Shown here: positions 41,143 through 51,442 of the stretch, in pieces
How the letters are laid out: each line of letters begins with the position of its first letter
Numbering within the stretch: position 1 is the stretch's first letter
Origin: a virus
Virus record (IMG/VR): IMGVR_UViG_3300032516_000004
Location: 32,001-96,000 of that record
Direction: 5' to 3' (one strand)
Length of the DNA stretch: 64,000 nucleotides
Program-made: the position numbers and the translations under genes
Notes under the pieces: generated by a model
Databases searched by the model: none
Seen by the model: only the letters and a program-made list of their open reading frames with translations
What the model was told of the DNA's origin: nothing

Positions 41143-43625
41143 TGGCACTCGAACTATCGGGCTATCAAGACCCAGGCACATACATTGGCGAAGTAGTTAA
41201 CCCGGCTCAAATTTCATTAGCTACGGTCCCAGATGTTCTCGCCATTGTTGCTCATGGTAATCGTAGCAAGCGTTCGACTAATGAAGCGGTAAAGCGTGGT
41301 CAGGTATTTAGTGAAACTCTCACTGTTGCTGGTGTCGCGCCACATACGGCTACTTTAGGTAGCCGTGGTGATCGTAGAGTATCAAACACCACGGTTCGTA
41401 GAACATTGTCTGGTGAAACGATCGAGCTGCCTGATTCTGCGATTAGTTTTGGTTTTGCGGTGTTAACTGGCAGCGTCCTTACTACAGTTGACATTAGTAC
41501 GGCTAAAGCATTTGGTTTCAAGATGGATAATGGACAAGAAATTACTATCCAGCTTGAATATAATATGGCCGCAAGTACAACAATCTCAGGATCGTTGGTT
41601 ATTTCAAAACACCCATTTAGTGGGGTTGCTGGTGCTTCGGCAACACCAGCTGAGATTGCAACGGCTATTAATGCCGCGTTAGTTGCCGCGACTACGCTCG
41701 GATATGGTACAACATACGCAGCCGCCGTAACTGTTTCAACCAATAAATTGGTGTTTACCAGTATTCTTACTACCCCATATTCTGATGTATATATTGTTGC
41801 TCCATTTGCAAATAGCGGAACGGCTGTTTTAGGCTTTACAGTTCCAGCATATGCTTCAACAATTGTCACTATTGCCACCGTATATTACAATGTATCTGCT
41901 ACATATGAAATCGATTATGTGGCGGTGAATACATCTCTTGATCCGCTTACAAACACCGCAACCAAGATTACGCGAACTGGTTCATTTGCCAATGTGACAA
42001 GTTTTTACGAGAATACCGATTATTTACTAACTACTGGTGATATTGACTGGTCGCCAGATACAGCGGCTTCATTTACTGGCTCACCATCTGAAAATTTTGA
42101 TCTCAGCACCAATGATAATATTAGGGTGGCGTTTGATGGTAAAGCTGCAGTAACGATTGATCTTAATAATGGTGCGTTAGCTGGTGTAGTGCCGGGCTAT
42201 GCGGTTCCAGTTGCACCTGCAGCCACTACTGCTGAAGAAGTCGTTAATAATATTAATGCTGTAATAGCTATTGCAGCTAACTATGGACCAAAATACCGGG
42301 CATGTGCTGTAACAGCGGCTACTGGTACTAAGGTCAAGTTGGTGAGTCCGACCGAAGGTATTGCATCTAGCATTGAGCTTTCTGCTCCGACATCATTGAA
42401 TGCGACCGCTGCTATTTTTGGTTTAATTCCTTCACAACTTCCTTATACAGTGCTTGGTCTTGGTTCTAAGCCAGGAATTGGGGTCATTTATTTTATTACG
42501 TACGACTATGATAGACCAACAGCGGATTACAATAATCCTAAGAGATATTTCAGCGAAGATCAGATGACCGCTGATCTTACGCCAGTGTCTATGGCTAATA
42601 TACTGTCAACATATGGACAGATTACATTTGAAAATGGTGCTCCATCGGTAGTGTGTTGCCAAGTTAACGACCTAACACTCCCCGGATTCCCAACCGTCAA
42701 TGAGATTAAATCGGCAATTGATGCGCTGGCGATATCATCTGTCACCACTGATGTGGTGGTAGCTGATACTAGACTTAATGTTCAGACTTACCTAGTGAAC
42801 CATATTGAAGTTCAGAGCTCGCCTACGGAAAAGAATTATCGATCCGGTTGGTTTGGCATGCCGACCAGCACATTGGTTGGTGATAAAGATACCCCAGACA
42901 CATTCGTCTATCGAGCGGCTGTTACACTGCAGGTTGCTCCTGATAGTCCAGCTCGAGGCCGCATGATTCTTGTTGCCCCGTCTGGTGTTGATAGAACAAT
43001 TAGTCTTGAGGATGGTTCGCAGCTCACACTTACCATGAATTCAACAGCATTGTGCTGCGCTATCGCGGCTAGACACACAAGCTTTACATCACCGGCCATT
43101 TCATTAGCCAATAAGACTATCACGGGATTCGACGCCACGACATTCCCCATCTATTTAAAGGCTGAAAGAGCACAACTGGCATCGAACGGTGTTATGGTTG
43201 TGACGATGGATGGTGGAAACCTTCGAATTTTAGATCCAGTTACAACTGAAGCTGGTGGTGGCGCGGCATCCAAGTTTATGTATCGGGAGACCGCATCACA
43301 AAAAGATAATGTCAGCAGGTTAATGGATCAGATAATTTCTAATAATCTGCAGGGTGTTGTGCCTACAGATTTGTCAGATTTCGTGTTCGATATTAAGGTA
43401 TTTGTTGCGGCGGTGTTAACGTCACTTATTGAGACAGGTGCTATTGGTCCATTCAGAGATGCTAATGGCGTGTCACGGGATATTGATCTTTCTAAGGATG
43501 TTCAAGCAGAACAAAGCAAGAATGATCCTACGAAATTCAACTTCCGTTATTGGTTCTTCTTGAGATATCCAGCATTACGATTTATGGGTCAGTTCTCAAC
43601 GGACAACCCATTCTTCAACGCATAA
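41142..43625 (+). CDS. Contractile tail sheath protein
   Basis: N-terminal GYQDPGTYIGEV motif; 827 aa; C-terminal sheath-like domain ending FRYWFFLRYPALRF; directly upstream of tube genes. Confidence 0.85.
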   Translation: MALELSGYQDPGTYIGEVVNPAQISLATVPDVLAIVAHGNRSKRSTNEAVKRGQVFSETLTVAGVAPHTATLGSRGDRRVSNTTVRRTLSGETIELPDSAISFGFAVLTGSVLTTVDISTAKAFGFKMDNGQEITIQLEYNMAASTTISGSLVISKHPFSGVAGASATPAEIATAINAALVAATTLGYGTTYAAAVTVSTNKLVFTSILTTPYSDVYIVAPFANSGTAVLGFTVPAYASTIVTIATVYYNVSATYEIDYVAVNTSLDPLTNTATKITRTGSFANVTSFYENTDYLLTTGDIDWSPDTAASFTGSPSENFDLSTNDNIRVAFDGKAAVTIDLNNGALAGVVPGYAVPVAPAATTAEEVVNNINAVIAIAANYGPKYRACAVTAATGTKVKLVSPTEGIASSIELSAPTSLNATAAIFGLIPSQLPYTVLGLGSKPGIGVIYFITYDYDRPTADYNNPKRYFSEDQMTADLTPVSMANILSTYGQITFENGAPSVVCCQVNDLTLPGFPTVNEIKSAIDALAISSVTTDVVVADTRLNVQTYLVNHIEVQSSPTEKNYRSGWFGMPTSTLVGDKDTPDTFVYRAAVTLQVAPDSPARGRMILVAPSGVDRTISLEDGSQLTLTMNSTALCCAIAARHTSFTSPAISLANKTITGFDATTFPIYLKAERAQLASNGVMVVTMDGGNLRILDPVTTEAGGGAASKFMYRETASQKDNVSRLMDQIISNNLQGVVPTDLSDFVFDIKVFVAAVLTSLIETGAIGPFRDANGVSRDIDLSKDVQAEQSKNDPTKFNFRYWFFLRYPALRFMGQFSTDNPFFNA

Positions 43626-43670
43626 CCCGATGATTGTCGGAGACCTTAAGGTTTAACAGGAGTTTTAGTC

Positions 43671-44162
43671 ATGGCAGACCCTTCACCGCCAGGAACATTA
43701 GTTCGCACGTCTCATTCCCTAACGATTAGAGTTAAAGGTGTTACCATTGGTCTTATCAATGGTTGGAACCCAACTCAAAGTAGAACCATTACCCCAATCT
43801 ATCAAATTGCGACATATGATCGACAGACCAGAAGCGGTGAGCCAGTAGAGAAGGTACCTGGCAACGTTACAGGTCAAACGATCGGCGTTCAGAGATATGA
43901 TATTTACACACAACGAATGGAAACAGCGTTTGGAACTACAGACCTGTCAATGTTGTCCATACAGATCGATCCATTCGATGTTGTAGAAAAGTGGATGTTC
44001 CCACAGACTGAACGTAGACCACAAGGTGGTACTGAATACGTAACATACACGGGTTGCTGGTTCTCAAATATTGGCAGAAATTTTCGATCTGATGGTGATC
44101 GAATTGTCAATGTTAATGCCACCCTCGAGTATGTACGTCGTTCGTTGGGACAAGTCTCGTAA
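43671..44162 (+). CDS. Tail tube protein, paralog 1
   Basis: RTSHSLTI.V.G..IG.I.GWNP.Q.R.I..IY...E.VPGNVTG.TI...RYD..Y. Confidence 0.8.
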   Translation: MADPSPPGTLVRTSHSLTIRVKGVTIGLINGWNPTQSRTITPIYQIATYDRQTRSGEPVEKVPGNVTGQTIGVQRYDIYTQRMETAFGTTDLSMLSIQIDPFDVVEKWMFPQTERRPQGGTEYVTYTGCWFSNIGRNFRSDGDRIVNVNATLEYVRRSLGQVS

Positions 44163-44181
44163 TAACCCGTAGAGGTTATCT

Positions 44182-44676
44182 ATGAGTTACGTTCCTGGCA
44201 CGCAAGTACGCACTAGTCACGCGCTTACCATTAAAGTTAGTGGCGTAACGGTTGGCCTTATTAATGGCTGGAATCCAACACAAGCCAGAACTGTAACACC
44301 AGTTTATGAAGTTGGTGAAGATGACTCTGGAAATCCTGTAGAAAGTGTACCAGGAAACGTCACTGGTCTTACAATTGCTGTTGGTAGATTTGATACATAT
44401 AAAAAGAGAATGGAAGAAGCATTCGGAACACCTGATTTAGTAATGCTAACCCGCCAAAACCAACCGTTTGATGTTATGGAGATCTGGGCATCTAGAAACT
44501 TTCAGGTTGATGAACGATTTATCTATCAGAAATGCTGGTTTAGTAACCTTGGTAGAACGCTACGATCAGATGACAATAGAGTCGTAAATGTAAATGCAAC
44601 GTTAGTATACACCAAAAAATTAAAGGTAAGTGGCGTTATTGGGGACGTACTATCATTTAGTAGTTTTATACAATGA
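44182..44676 (+). CDS. Tail tube protein, paralog 2
   Basis: Clearly homologous to paralog 1 (GLINGWNPTQ, VPGNVTG, CWFSN.GR..RSD..R.VNVNATL). Confidence 0.8.
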   Translation: MSYVPGTQVRTSHALTIKVSGVTVGLINGWNPTQARTVTPVYEVGEDDSGNPVESVPGNVTGLTIAVGRFDTYKKRMEEAFGTPDLVMLTRQNQPFDVMEIWASRNFQVDERFIYQKCWFSNLGRTLRSDDNRVVNVNATLVYTKKLKVSGVIGDVLSFSSFIQ

Positions 44677-45206
44677 GTTTTCAATCATTCATACAGGGTG
44701 CAAGTGATTGGTTAAATGCCCAAGATACCGGTGGATTTGTAAAGGGGCCACCGATGACACAGACCGCACTATCCCATGCTATAACCATTAAATCACAACG
44801 CGGTCTTAGAATAGGTAGAATACAAGCTTGGTCACCAAATATGTCTAGAACTGTTGATACTGTGTTTGAAGTACAGGCGGCCAACACTGGTGAACCTCTT
44901 GAAAGAGTGCCACAAATACAAGGAACTAATAGTATATCGATAGATAGGTATGAATTGTATACCGCACATATGGGTGAGGCATTTAATGTTACTATACAAA
45001 ATGGATCGGATATGTTTTCACTAGTACAACAGATCAATCCAATCTACGTAAGAGAAGTATGGCGAGACCCATTTGGTGGCATGATAGCATATGTTTATGT
45101 TGGGTGCTGGTTTTCCTCTTTAGGTCACACTATAAGTGCAACAGATGATAGAATAGTCAAAGCTCGAGCAACATTAGAATTTACACGTAGGCTTAGATTA
45201 GCGTAG
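44673..45206 (+). CDS. Tail tube protein, paralog 3 (more diverged)
   Basis: SHAITI...IGRIQAWSP..SR...E.VP...RYELY...GCWFSSLG...DDRIV.A.ATL. Confidence 0.75.
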   Translation: MSFQSFIQGASDWLNAQDTGGFVKGPPMTQTALSHAITIKSQRGLRIGRIQAWSPNMSRTVDTVFEVQAANTGEPLERVPQIQGTNSISIDRYELYTAHMGEAFNVTIQNGSDMFSLVQQINPIYVREVWRDPFGGMIAYVYVGCWFSSLGHTISATDDRIVKARATLEFTRRLRLA

Positions 45207-45211
45207 GGGGA

Positions 45212-45240
45212 TTGAAATAAAACAGTTTTTGATGTAAAAT
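45212..45240 (+). promoter_or_regulatory. Sigma70-like promoter TTGAAA-N17-TAAAAT
   Basis: Near-consensus hexamers with 17-nt spacer; AGAGGAGG SD downstream. Confidence 0.6.
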
Positions 45241-45273
45241 GTAGTTTAACCACCCTCAACAGAGGAGGCCACC

Positions 45274-45831
45274 ATGGCTGACAACGAAGAAGTTAAGAAA
45301 ATCGGTATTTCAGTAGCAAATCGACATCAAATATTGGAAGATATTGCAACTCAGACAAGGGGGGCTGAGATTAGTACTGTTGCTACGGTAGCAGGACATA
45401 AATACCTACTTCATACACTAAGTGCTGATGAAGAGGTGTGGGCTGATGGTTATGTTAGTTCCAACAGTGCAATGGCAGCGATTACATCAATGAAACTACC
45501 AACCTTAGCCGCATCTATTAGAGCAATTGATGACATTACGGTAGATAAGCTATTTGATTTTTCAAACCAAAATTCAAACGAAGCATTCCACACGCAAAGT
45601 AGTTGGCATAGACATTATTGGGAAATGTCTCAAATGCTTTTGTGGCTCGGTGATAGACCCAATCCACTTATTATCGAGTTATGGAAAGAATATGTTGCTT
45701 TAACTGAACGTCGTGACAAGTCATGGGATGAATTAAAAAAATCGTGTGCGGGGACTCCTTATGGCGAATCAAAAGTTACGTGCTCGCCAGAAAAGGTGTC
45801 CTCGCCAGTAACCCAGACGTCCAACGTATGA
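45274..45831 (+). CDS. Tail assembly chaperone (gpG-like)
   Basis: Between tube and tape measure genes; overlaps a -1 frame ORF at a slippery site. Confidence 0.75.
   Translation: MADNEEVKKIGISVANRHQILEDIATQTRGAEISTVATVAGHKYLLHTLSADEEVWADGYVSSNSAMAAITSMKLPTLAASIRAIDDITVDKLFDFSNQNSNEAFHTQSSWHRHYWEMSQMLLWLGDRPNPLIIELWKEYVALTERRDKSWDELKKSCAGTPYGESKVTCSPEKVSSPVTQTSNV
45735..45741 (+). other. Programmed -1 frameshift site A AAA AAA
   Basis: X XXY YYZ heptamer in frame (TTA AAA AAA TCG); a -1 shift enters the 45744-46412 frame (ELKK-IVCGDSLW). Confidence 0.75.
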
Positions 45832-46412
45832 CAACGGCTCAATGGTTGTGGGAGTTTGAGGCATTAGTTCAAAAGGAAAAAAATGATGTAGAACGACAAC
45901 TTGAATTTTTTAAATTAATTAAGAGACAAGTGATTGGTATGCTAGGGCTTAATCTTATTTGTAAAAAAGAAGATTTAGAAAAAAATCCTGAAATATTTAT
46001 ACCATGGGCAATATTAGGTGGTAGAAGAGAAGTTGTACAAGAAATATTTGATCACATGGAAAAAGAAACAAATATAAAGAGCGTAACTCAGGATGAGGAA
46101 TTTGAAAAATTATCATCCGCCATAGCAAGTGGTGACATAGGTGACATGGATCCTATCTTAGATATTTCTGATTTAAAGTTGGATGAAATCAAAAAATCAG
46201 CACAGGAAGAAGATTTAAAGAAAGCCGGTATAAAATTAGTTGATAAAATTGAACCATCTATACATATTTCATTTGATAAAAGTAAAACGTGGGAAAAAAC
46301 AAAAGAAGGAATAAAAGACATTCAAGCGGCAAGGCAACAGGTTGATAAAGAGTTAGAAAGTGAAAGGAAACAAGTACACGGATTATCGGTACTGTTTGAT
46401 GACGATGCCTGA
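45744..46412 (+). CDS. Tail assembly chaperone frameshift extension (gpT-like)
   Basis: No good own start; -1 frame relative to 45274; ends overlapping the tape measure start. Confidence 0.7.
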   Translation: MCGDSLWRIKSYVLARKGVLASNPDVQRMTTAQWLWEFEALVQKEKNDVERQLEFFKLIKRQVIGMLGLNLICKKEDLEKNPEIFIPWAILGGRREVVQEIFDHMEKETNIKSVTQDEEFEKLSSAIASGDIGDMDPILDISDLKLDEIKKSAQEEDLKKAGIKLVDKIEPSIHISFDKSKTWEKTKEGIKDIQAARQQVDKELESERKQVHGLSVLFDDDA

Positions 46413-48435
46413 ACTAAAATATGTCATATCTGTAGATTTTGATAAGGTTAAGCAGGAATTATCTACTGTTGTTAAGCATGCGGACGCTTTAAAGGAAAGC
46501 ATAACGTCTAATAAGGAGGAAACAGAAGACGCCTCAAAACGCGCACAAGACGAGATGAAAGGACTTGAAGCAAGTCTATCGGCACTACATAAAAATGCTG
46601 ACACAATGACACTTACGACAAAGGATAAGGTAGCTGGTTTATTAACATATTATATCGAATGGTCACAGATAACTAGAACCAGGTTAGTAGAAGCCCACGG
46701 CGAACTTGGTAGAGTGGTTGGTGAATTTATACCCAGGCAAATGTCAGGTGTGAGTTCTGCTGTTAGCCAATTAAGAGGCTCAATACTAGGAGAACTACCA
46801 TTTGGTGGGCTTATTGGTCTCATGTTATTGGGTGGGCAGCGATTTGAACAGATACGCTCACAGAGCGCAGAAGCCGTTCGAATGATGCAGCAGACAGGAC
46901 ACGTCGGTAAAGAAGCTATAGGTGAACTTGGCCATGAGGCATATAGACTAGGTATTTATTTGGGTAAAGGCCCTGGTGGGATGCAAAATGAATTAGCTGC
47001 CGCAGCGTCTGGTTTTGCACAATTTGGAGCCAAAGTAGATGAGTTACGACAAAAAAGTTTTATTACTCCCATGCAGTTGGTAGACCCAGAAATAGGCGAT
47101 AATCTTACTATAATTGATGAGTCTATTGCTAAAACCTCAATGCGTTTAGATTCATTATTTAAATTACCAGCTGGTGCAGCGGCCATGGCAGCTGGTCAAA
47201 TAATGAAAAATTTTGCAACAGGAATAGTTGAGTCACAAGACCTATTTACTAAATTGGGATCTGCTGCTCAAAACACATATCAAAATGTTCAAGTATTTAC
47301 ACAATCCGTAATGGCGTCTGGTGCTGTGTTAAGATTACAGCGGATTGATCTTAATGAAGTGGCTGAGTCACAGTTAAAATTACAACGCGCTATTGCTGGC
47401 ACTATTGCACCAGGAAAAACCGAAAAGGAACAGATGCGATGGGCTGGTGGATATGCCGAACAAGGAATGGCTCAAATTACGCAGGGTATTCAAGGAATGA
47501 GTCTTGGTTGGTCAGCCGTTATCGGTCAGATGATGAAACAACAAGGACAGTTGACCACAACTACTGCTGATCCTTTAGAAGTTATTTTTAGATTCAAGGA
47601 GGGATTACTTAAAGATACTAGAAAACCAGCAGATCAAGAGTATTTAACTAACGTTATTCTTAGGTCTGTTGAACTTGCACAAAAGAACGCGCCGGGGAAT
47701 GAATATGCGCAACGTATGATTTTAGGCGCTCAGATGGGAATGGACCCAACTGGACCTGGTACCAGGGCATTATTAGAAATAGCAAAACATCAAAAAGACC
47801 CAAAGGCCCTTGAACAAGCACTCAAAGAAAATCAAGAACATATAGCAAGTGCTTTCGTAGATAGGGGACAAGAAACATCTAATTTTCAACGCGCATTAAT
47901 GCTTGCACAAGACGGCATAGCACAATTAGGGAAAGGAATACTTGGTGCTGTGGTGTCTGCCGGGGCCGCGATAATACAAGCAATAAAATGGGTATATTAT
48001 TCATGGATTTCTAAAGACGACGCTAGGGCTAAAGTCGCTGAAATGGGAATGGAGCATTATCGTGGGGTAACTGATAAAGCATGGAAATCAGTTGATACAG
48101 CGTTTGATGAAATTCGCAGGGCAGCTAAATTAACAGGATCAACTTTAGCTGATGCTCCTGGTATGGGTGGAATGGCATGGGATGAAAAAGCAGCCTACGC
48201 TGATGTACTAAAAAGGGGGCATAGAAAGAAGAGTGGACCAGAAGGCATAGGAGACGTTGTTAAAGGGGTTGGTAAATTTGCTATGTACGCTCCAGAAGAA
48301 GCGCTGGGTGAAGTGATTGAGTTTGGGACACGTGCACTTGAATCAGCCGGTATAATTCGTAGAAGGACCAAAATCACGGAAGTAACAGAGGACTTTATAC
48401 CTGGGGACGTAGCGGCAGCAAAAGTAGGTGAATAA
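46405..48435 (+). CDS. Tape measure protein (676 aa; ATG 46405)
   Basis: Follows the chaperone pair; Ala/Gly/Gln-rich helical sequence. Confidence 0.75.
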   Translation: MPELKYVISVDFDKVKQELSTVVKHADALKESITSNKEETEDASKRAQDEMKGLEASLSALHKNADTMTLTTKDKVAGLLTYYIEWSQITRTRLVEAHGELGRVVGEFIPRQMSGVSSAVSQLRGSILGELPFGGLIGLMLLGGQRFEQIRSQSAEAVRMMQQTGHVGKEAIGELGHEAYRLGIYLGKGPGGMQNELAAAASGFAQFGAKVDELRQKSFITPMQLVDPEIGDNLTIIDESIAKTSMRLDSLFKLPAGAAAMAAGQIMKNFATGIVESQDLFTKLGSAAQNTYQNVQVFTQSVMASGAVLRLQRIDLNEVAESQLKLQRAIAGTIAPGKTEKEQMRWAGGYAEQGMAQITQGIQGMSLGWSAVIGQMMKQQGQLTTTTADPLEVIFRFKEGLLKDTRKPADQEYLTNVILRSVELAQKNAPGNEYAQRMILGAQMGMDPTGPGTRALLEIAKHQKDPKALEQALKENQEHIASAFVDRGQETSNFQRALMLAQDGIAQLGKGILGAVVSAGAAIIQAIKWVYYSWISKDDARAKVAEMGMEHYRGVTDKAWKSVDTAFDEIRRAAKLTGSTLADAPGMGGMAWDEKAAYADVLKRGHRKKSGPEGIGDVVKGVGKFAMYAPEEALGEVIEFGTRALESAGIIRRRTKITEVTEDFIPGDVAAAKVGE

Positions 48436-49211
48436 TGGGAATTTTATCTAGTGCTAACATAGCATCAGCTTTGTCACAAACAATATTTGGTGGCACACCA
48501 TACGCTAATACCACTAGAGTTCCGATGCTATTTACATCAACTCGTAGGTTAAGATTGGCTGATCCGGGCTTCAAAAGCATTTCTACGTTTTTATCCCCAA
48601 CCGAGTCATCACAAAAAGCCACAGCTAATTTAGAATTTGCTTTTAATGCCACAAATTATACTTTTACTGGTGGCACTGGTGAGTTTCCTGTAATTGAAAT
48701 GGCCGTTAATCCAAATAGTATAAGTTGGAAGCAACCAAAGCGTTTTACTAAGAGAGATACACAAGAAGGTAGTATATTTTTCCATTTTACCAATAGTAAG
48801 GGGCAAAATAACGATATTCTAACGATGGATTTTAGAGGAAATACCGGCAATATTAACTTAGTAAGTAGCATGCTTACTGGTTCCAATAAACAAGCTGGTG
48901 ATACAGGGGCCGCTAAAAAGTCATTAATATGGCATAATCTTTGGAGCCTAACAAGAGAGCCAATACTGCTGAACGACAACACTATCAACGAGTTTATGGT
49001 CATATACAGTTCAATAATTATTCCAGAAGAAATAATGTTGGTTGGTTTCTTCAGTAGTGTACTTGAATGGACAGACTCGGCAGATAAACCATTTTCAAAA
49101 GATTACTCAATGTCATTTACGGTACAACAAGTAGTGCCACCCTTGGAAGATTTAATGACAACCATAAGTAATGTTGTGTTTAATCCAGATGAAGCCGGAA
49201 ATTTAATATGA
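48435..49211 (+). CDS. Baseplate-proximal tube initiator-like protein
   Basis: MAVNP.SISW.Q.KR..K.DT..G....HF...F.GNTG...F..S.YSMSF pattern; position after the TMP. Confidence 0.6.
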   Translation: MGILSSANIASALSQTIFGGTPYANTTRVPMLFTSTRRLRLADPGFKSISTFLSPTESSQKATANLEFAFNATNYTFTGGTGEFPVIEMAVNPNSISWKQPKRFTKRDTQEGSIFFHFTNSKGQNNDILTMDFRGNTGNINLVSSMLTGSNKQAGDTGAAKKSLIWHNLWSLTREPILLNDNTINEFMVIYSSIIIPEEIMLVGFFSSVLEWTDSADKPFSKDYSMSFTVQQVVPPLEDLMTTISNVVFNPDEAGNLI

Positions 49212-51442
49212 CAACGACCGGTCAAGTCAGACACGCGTTCCCAGCATTTAAAGTTTATATATTCGGTGTAGATGTAACAGAAGATGTATTAAATGTTGAA
49301 ATTAAATATCATACTGGTAAATCACCAAATATTTGTACAGTAACTCTTGCTAATGATTTAGATAAATATATACTAACTACAAAAGAAATGGTTTTGTTCT
49401 TTGGTTCAAAGGTTAGAGAAGCCATTGAAAATAAATATATGAAATTAATAGAACAAACCCGTGGACAACTTAATGATGAACAAACAATGGAGCAAATAAC
49501 TGAAAGTGAAATATTGCAACAATTAGATCATATTCAATTTCCTAATAAACGTTTAGTATTATTATCTAAACTTTTAGAAAAATTAGACGATATTGAGGCC
49601 CCCGACATAAATGATAAAACAGATGGGTCTCATGTAAGACAATTAACTGGCCATGTGTTTAGATATCCATTCCATGCTGAAGATCCAATTTTTCATGCCA
49701 ATGATCCAATAAGAGTATTTCTTAGGGACCCATTTAACCCGTCACGATGGTATCATGGGTTTACTGGGTTCTTGAGTGATTTTGATGATCATGTTGATGA
49801 AAATAATCAAAAAATATTAACAATAGTGGCAGAAGGGCCAACTAAAATTCTTAGATACGCAAGAATGGCTACTAATCCTGGCATCGTTGACATGGGTGCT
49901 ATTCAAGTTGCGAAATTGGACGCTATTGATCGTAGTTTCTGGGAAGAGGGCTTTTATGATATTACACTTCCAGAATATATGTTTGCTCTTATATTTGGTA
50001 ATGATCCAAATGGTGACATAGCGCAACCAACAGGTGAAAGTAGCGGCAAATTTAGCATACGAAGTAAAGACGCGGCTGGTAATGCTCGTGCTAGTCAAAT
50101 AAGATTTGCTGCCGCTGGGAGATTCAATTATGGTAGATCTACGGTAATTGAATATGGACCAAAAACAACAACAAAAATTAATGAAGATCAACTTGATATG
50201 GGTGCTACACCATATTGTAGTGTGTCTACTCTAGAAGAATACCAATCAATTATTGACCATGAATTAAAAGAGAGTGATCTATATGATTTGTTAGACGAAA
50301 ATGTGGGCTGGACAGCAACTAAAACATCTGGTACACGCACACAAGTATTAAATGAAGTTAATGATTATATGAAAAATTTACCACGAAAGGCTGATGGTAC
50401 ACCTGACCCACATGGTCTAATGGATTTTCTTGGTAAAAGAACGGATTTGTACCCACCAGATAGTGGTGCTCTTATTATTCTTATTCCAGCGTCATTTCAT
50501 CCAGAAACAAATAGAAATATATTAATGAAAGACTTAATACAATCTCCAGGAATGACGACAACATTTAGAAGTAGATTGTCAATGATATATGAAACTATCG
50601 AGCGTATAGAATTTGTATTTTATGAGTCTCCTAAAGGTGATTTGATTTGCGAATTTCCGTTGTATGATTTTGATCCAGATGACTGGGGATTTAATGAAGT
50701 TAAAAAGAATATCGTTAATGGTCTACCTGGGGCTACTGATCGTAGTGTGATACCAATTAGCTATAAATCAGAATTTGAATCTAAAGATATTAAATGTGGT
50801 CCATTTGCTCCTAGGTGGATAATAGAAAAACGAGACACTATAAATTTTAGTAAAGGCATTACAGATGAAAAAGTTAGAACTGAACTAGCGTGTGATTGGA
50901 ATCTTGTAACCGGTTGGCGGAAAGCGGTGGGGTTATCTACTGGAATACTTCCACCAGCAGTTGTGCAATTAAAACATCTAATTCCATTATATTGGGCTCG
51001 TTTAGAGCAAGCTGATCCAAAGGGTCATATATCAAGTGCCGAGGCAGCACACGCCTATGCCCATATCACATTAAATAAAATGAATGCAGACGCCAAAAAT
51101 TTAGGTATAAACACAGTACCAAATTTGGGTACATGGTTAAATAGGCCGATGTATTTTTTACCACGTAATTGTATTGGAACTCTTACTAGTATCACTCATT
51201 CGGTTAAATGGGGAATGGGTGGTAGTATGGACACTAGATTAAACATAAATTACATAAGAGGATGGGATGGTTTATTAGACATACACAATAACCCGGTATA
51301 TACCACCATAGGTGGTCTTCCAAGCAGACCACTTAATTATAAGTTGTTATTTAACTTATTAGAAGATGTTACTAGTGGCAATGCCTCACCGTCTGGTGAA
51401 TCAGAGGCATCACGTCCAACAATAACAGAGGCAGAAGCATGA
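49208..51442 (+). CDS. Baseplate hub protein (gp27/gpD-like)
   Basis: KVYIFGVDVT.DV..V.I...F.GF...FYESPKGDL...P.YD...PNLG.WLNRP.Y pattern. Confidence 0.65.
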   Translation: MTTTGQVRHAFPAFKVYIFGVDVTEDVLNVEIKYHTGKSPNICTVTLANDLDKYILTTKEMVLFFGSKVREAIENKYMKLIEQTRGQLNDEQTMEQITESEILQQLDHIQFPNKRLVLLSKLLEKLDDIEAPDINDKTDGSHVRQLTGHVFRYPFHAEDPIFHANDPIRVFLRDPFNPSRWYHGFTGFLSDFDDHVDENNQKILTIVAEGPTKILRYARMATNPGIVDMGAIQVAKLDAIDRSFWEEGFYDITLPEYMFALIFGNDPNGDIAQPTGESSGKFSIRSKDAAGNARASQIRFAAAGRFNYGRSTVIEYGPKTTTKINEDQLDMGATPYCSVSTLEEYQSIIDHELKESDLYDLLDENVGWTATKTSGTRTQVLNEVNDYMKNLPRKADGTPDPHGLMDFLGKRTDLYPPDSGALIILIPASFHPETNRNILMKDLIQSPGMTTTFRSRLSMIYETIERIEFVFYESPKGDLICEFPLYDFDPDDWGFNEVKKNIVNGLPGATDRSVIPISYKSEFESKDIKCGPFAPRWIIEKRDTINFSKGITDEKVRTELACDWNLVTGWRKAVGLSTGILPPAVVQLKHLIPLYWARLEQADPKGHISSAEAAHAYAHITLNKMNADAKNLGINTVPNLGTWLNRPMYFLPRNCIGTLTSITHSVKWGMGGSMDTRLNINYIRGWDGLLDIHNNPVYTTIGGLPSRPLNYKLLFNLLEDVTSGNASPSGESEASRPTITEAEA

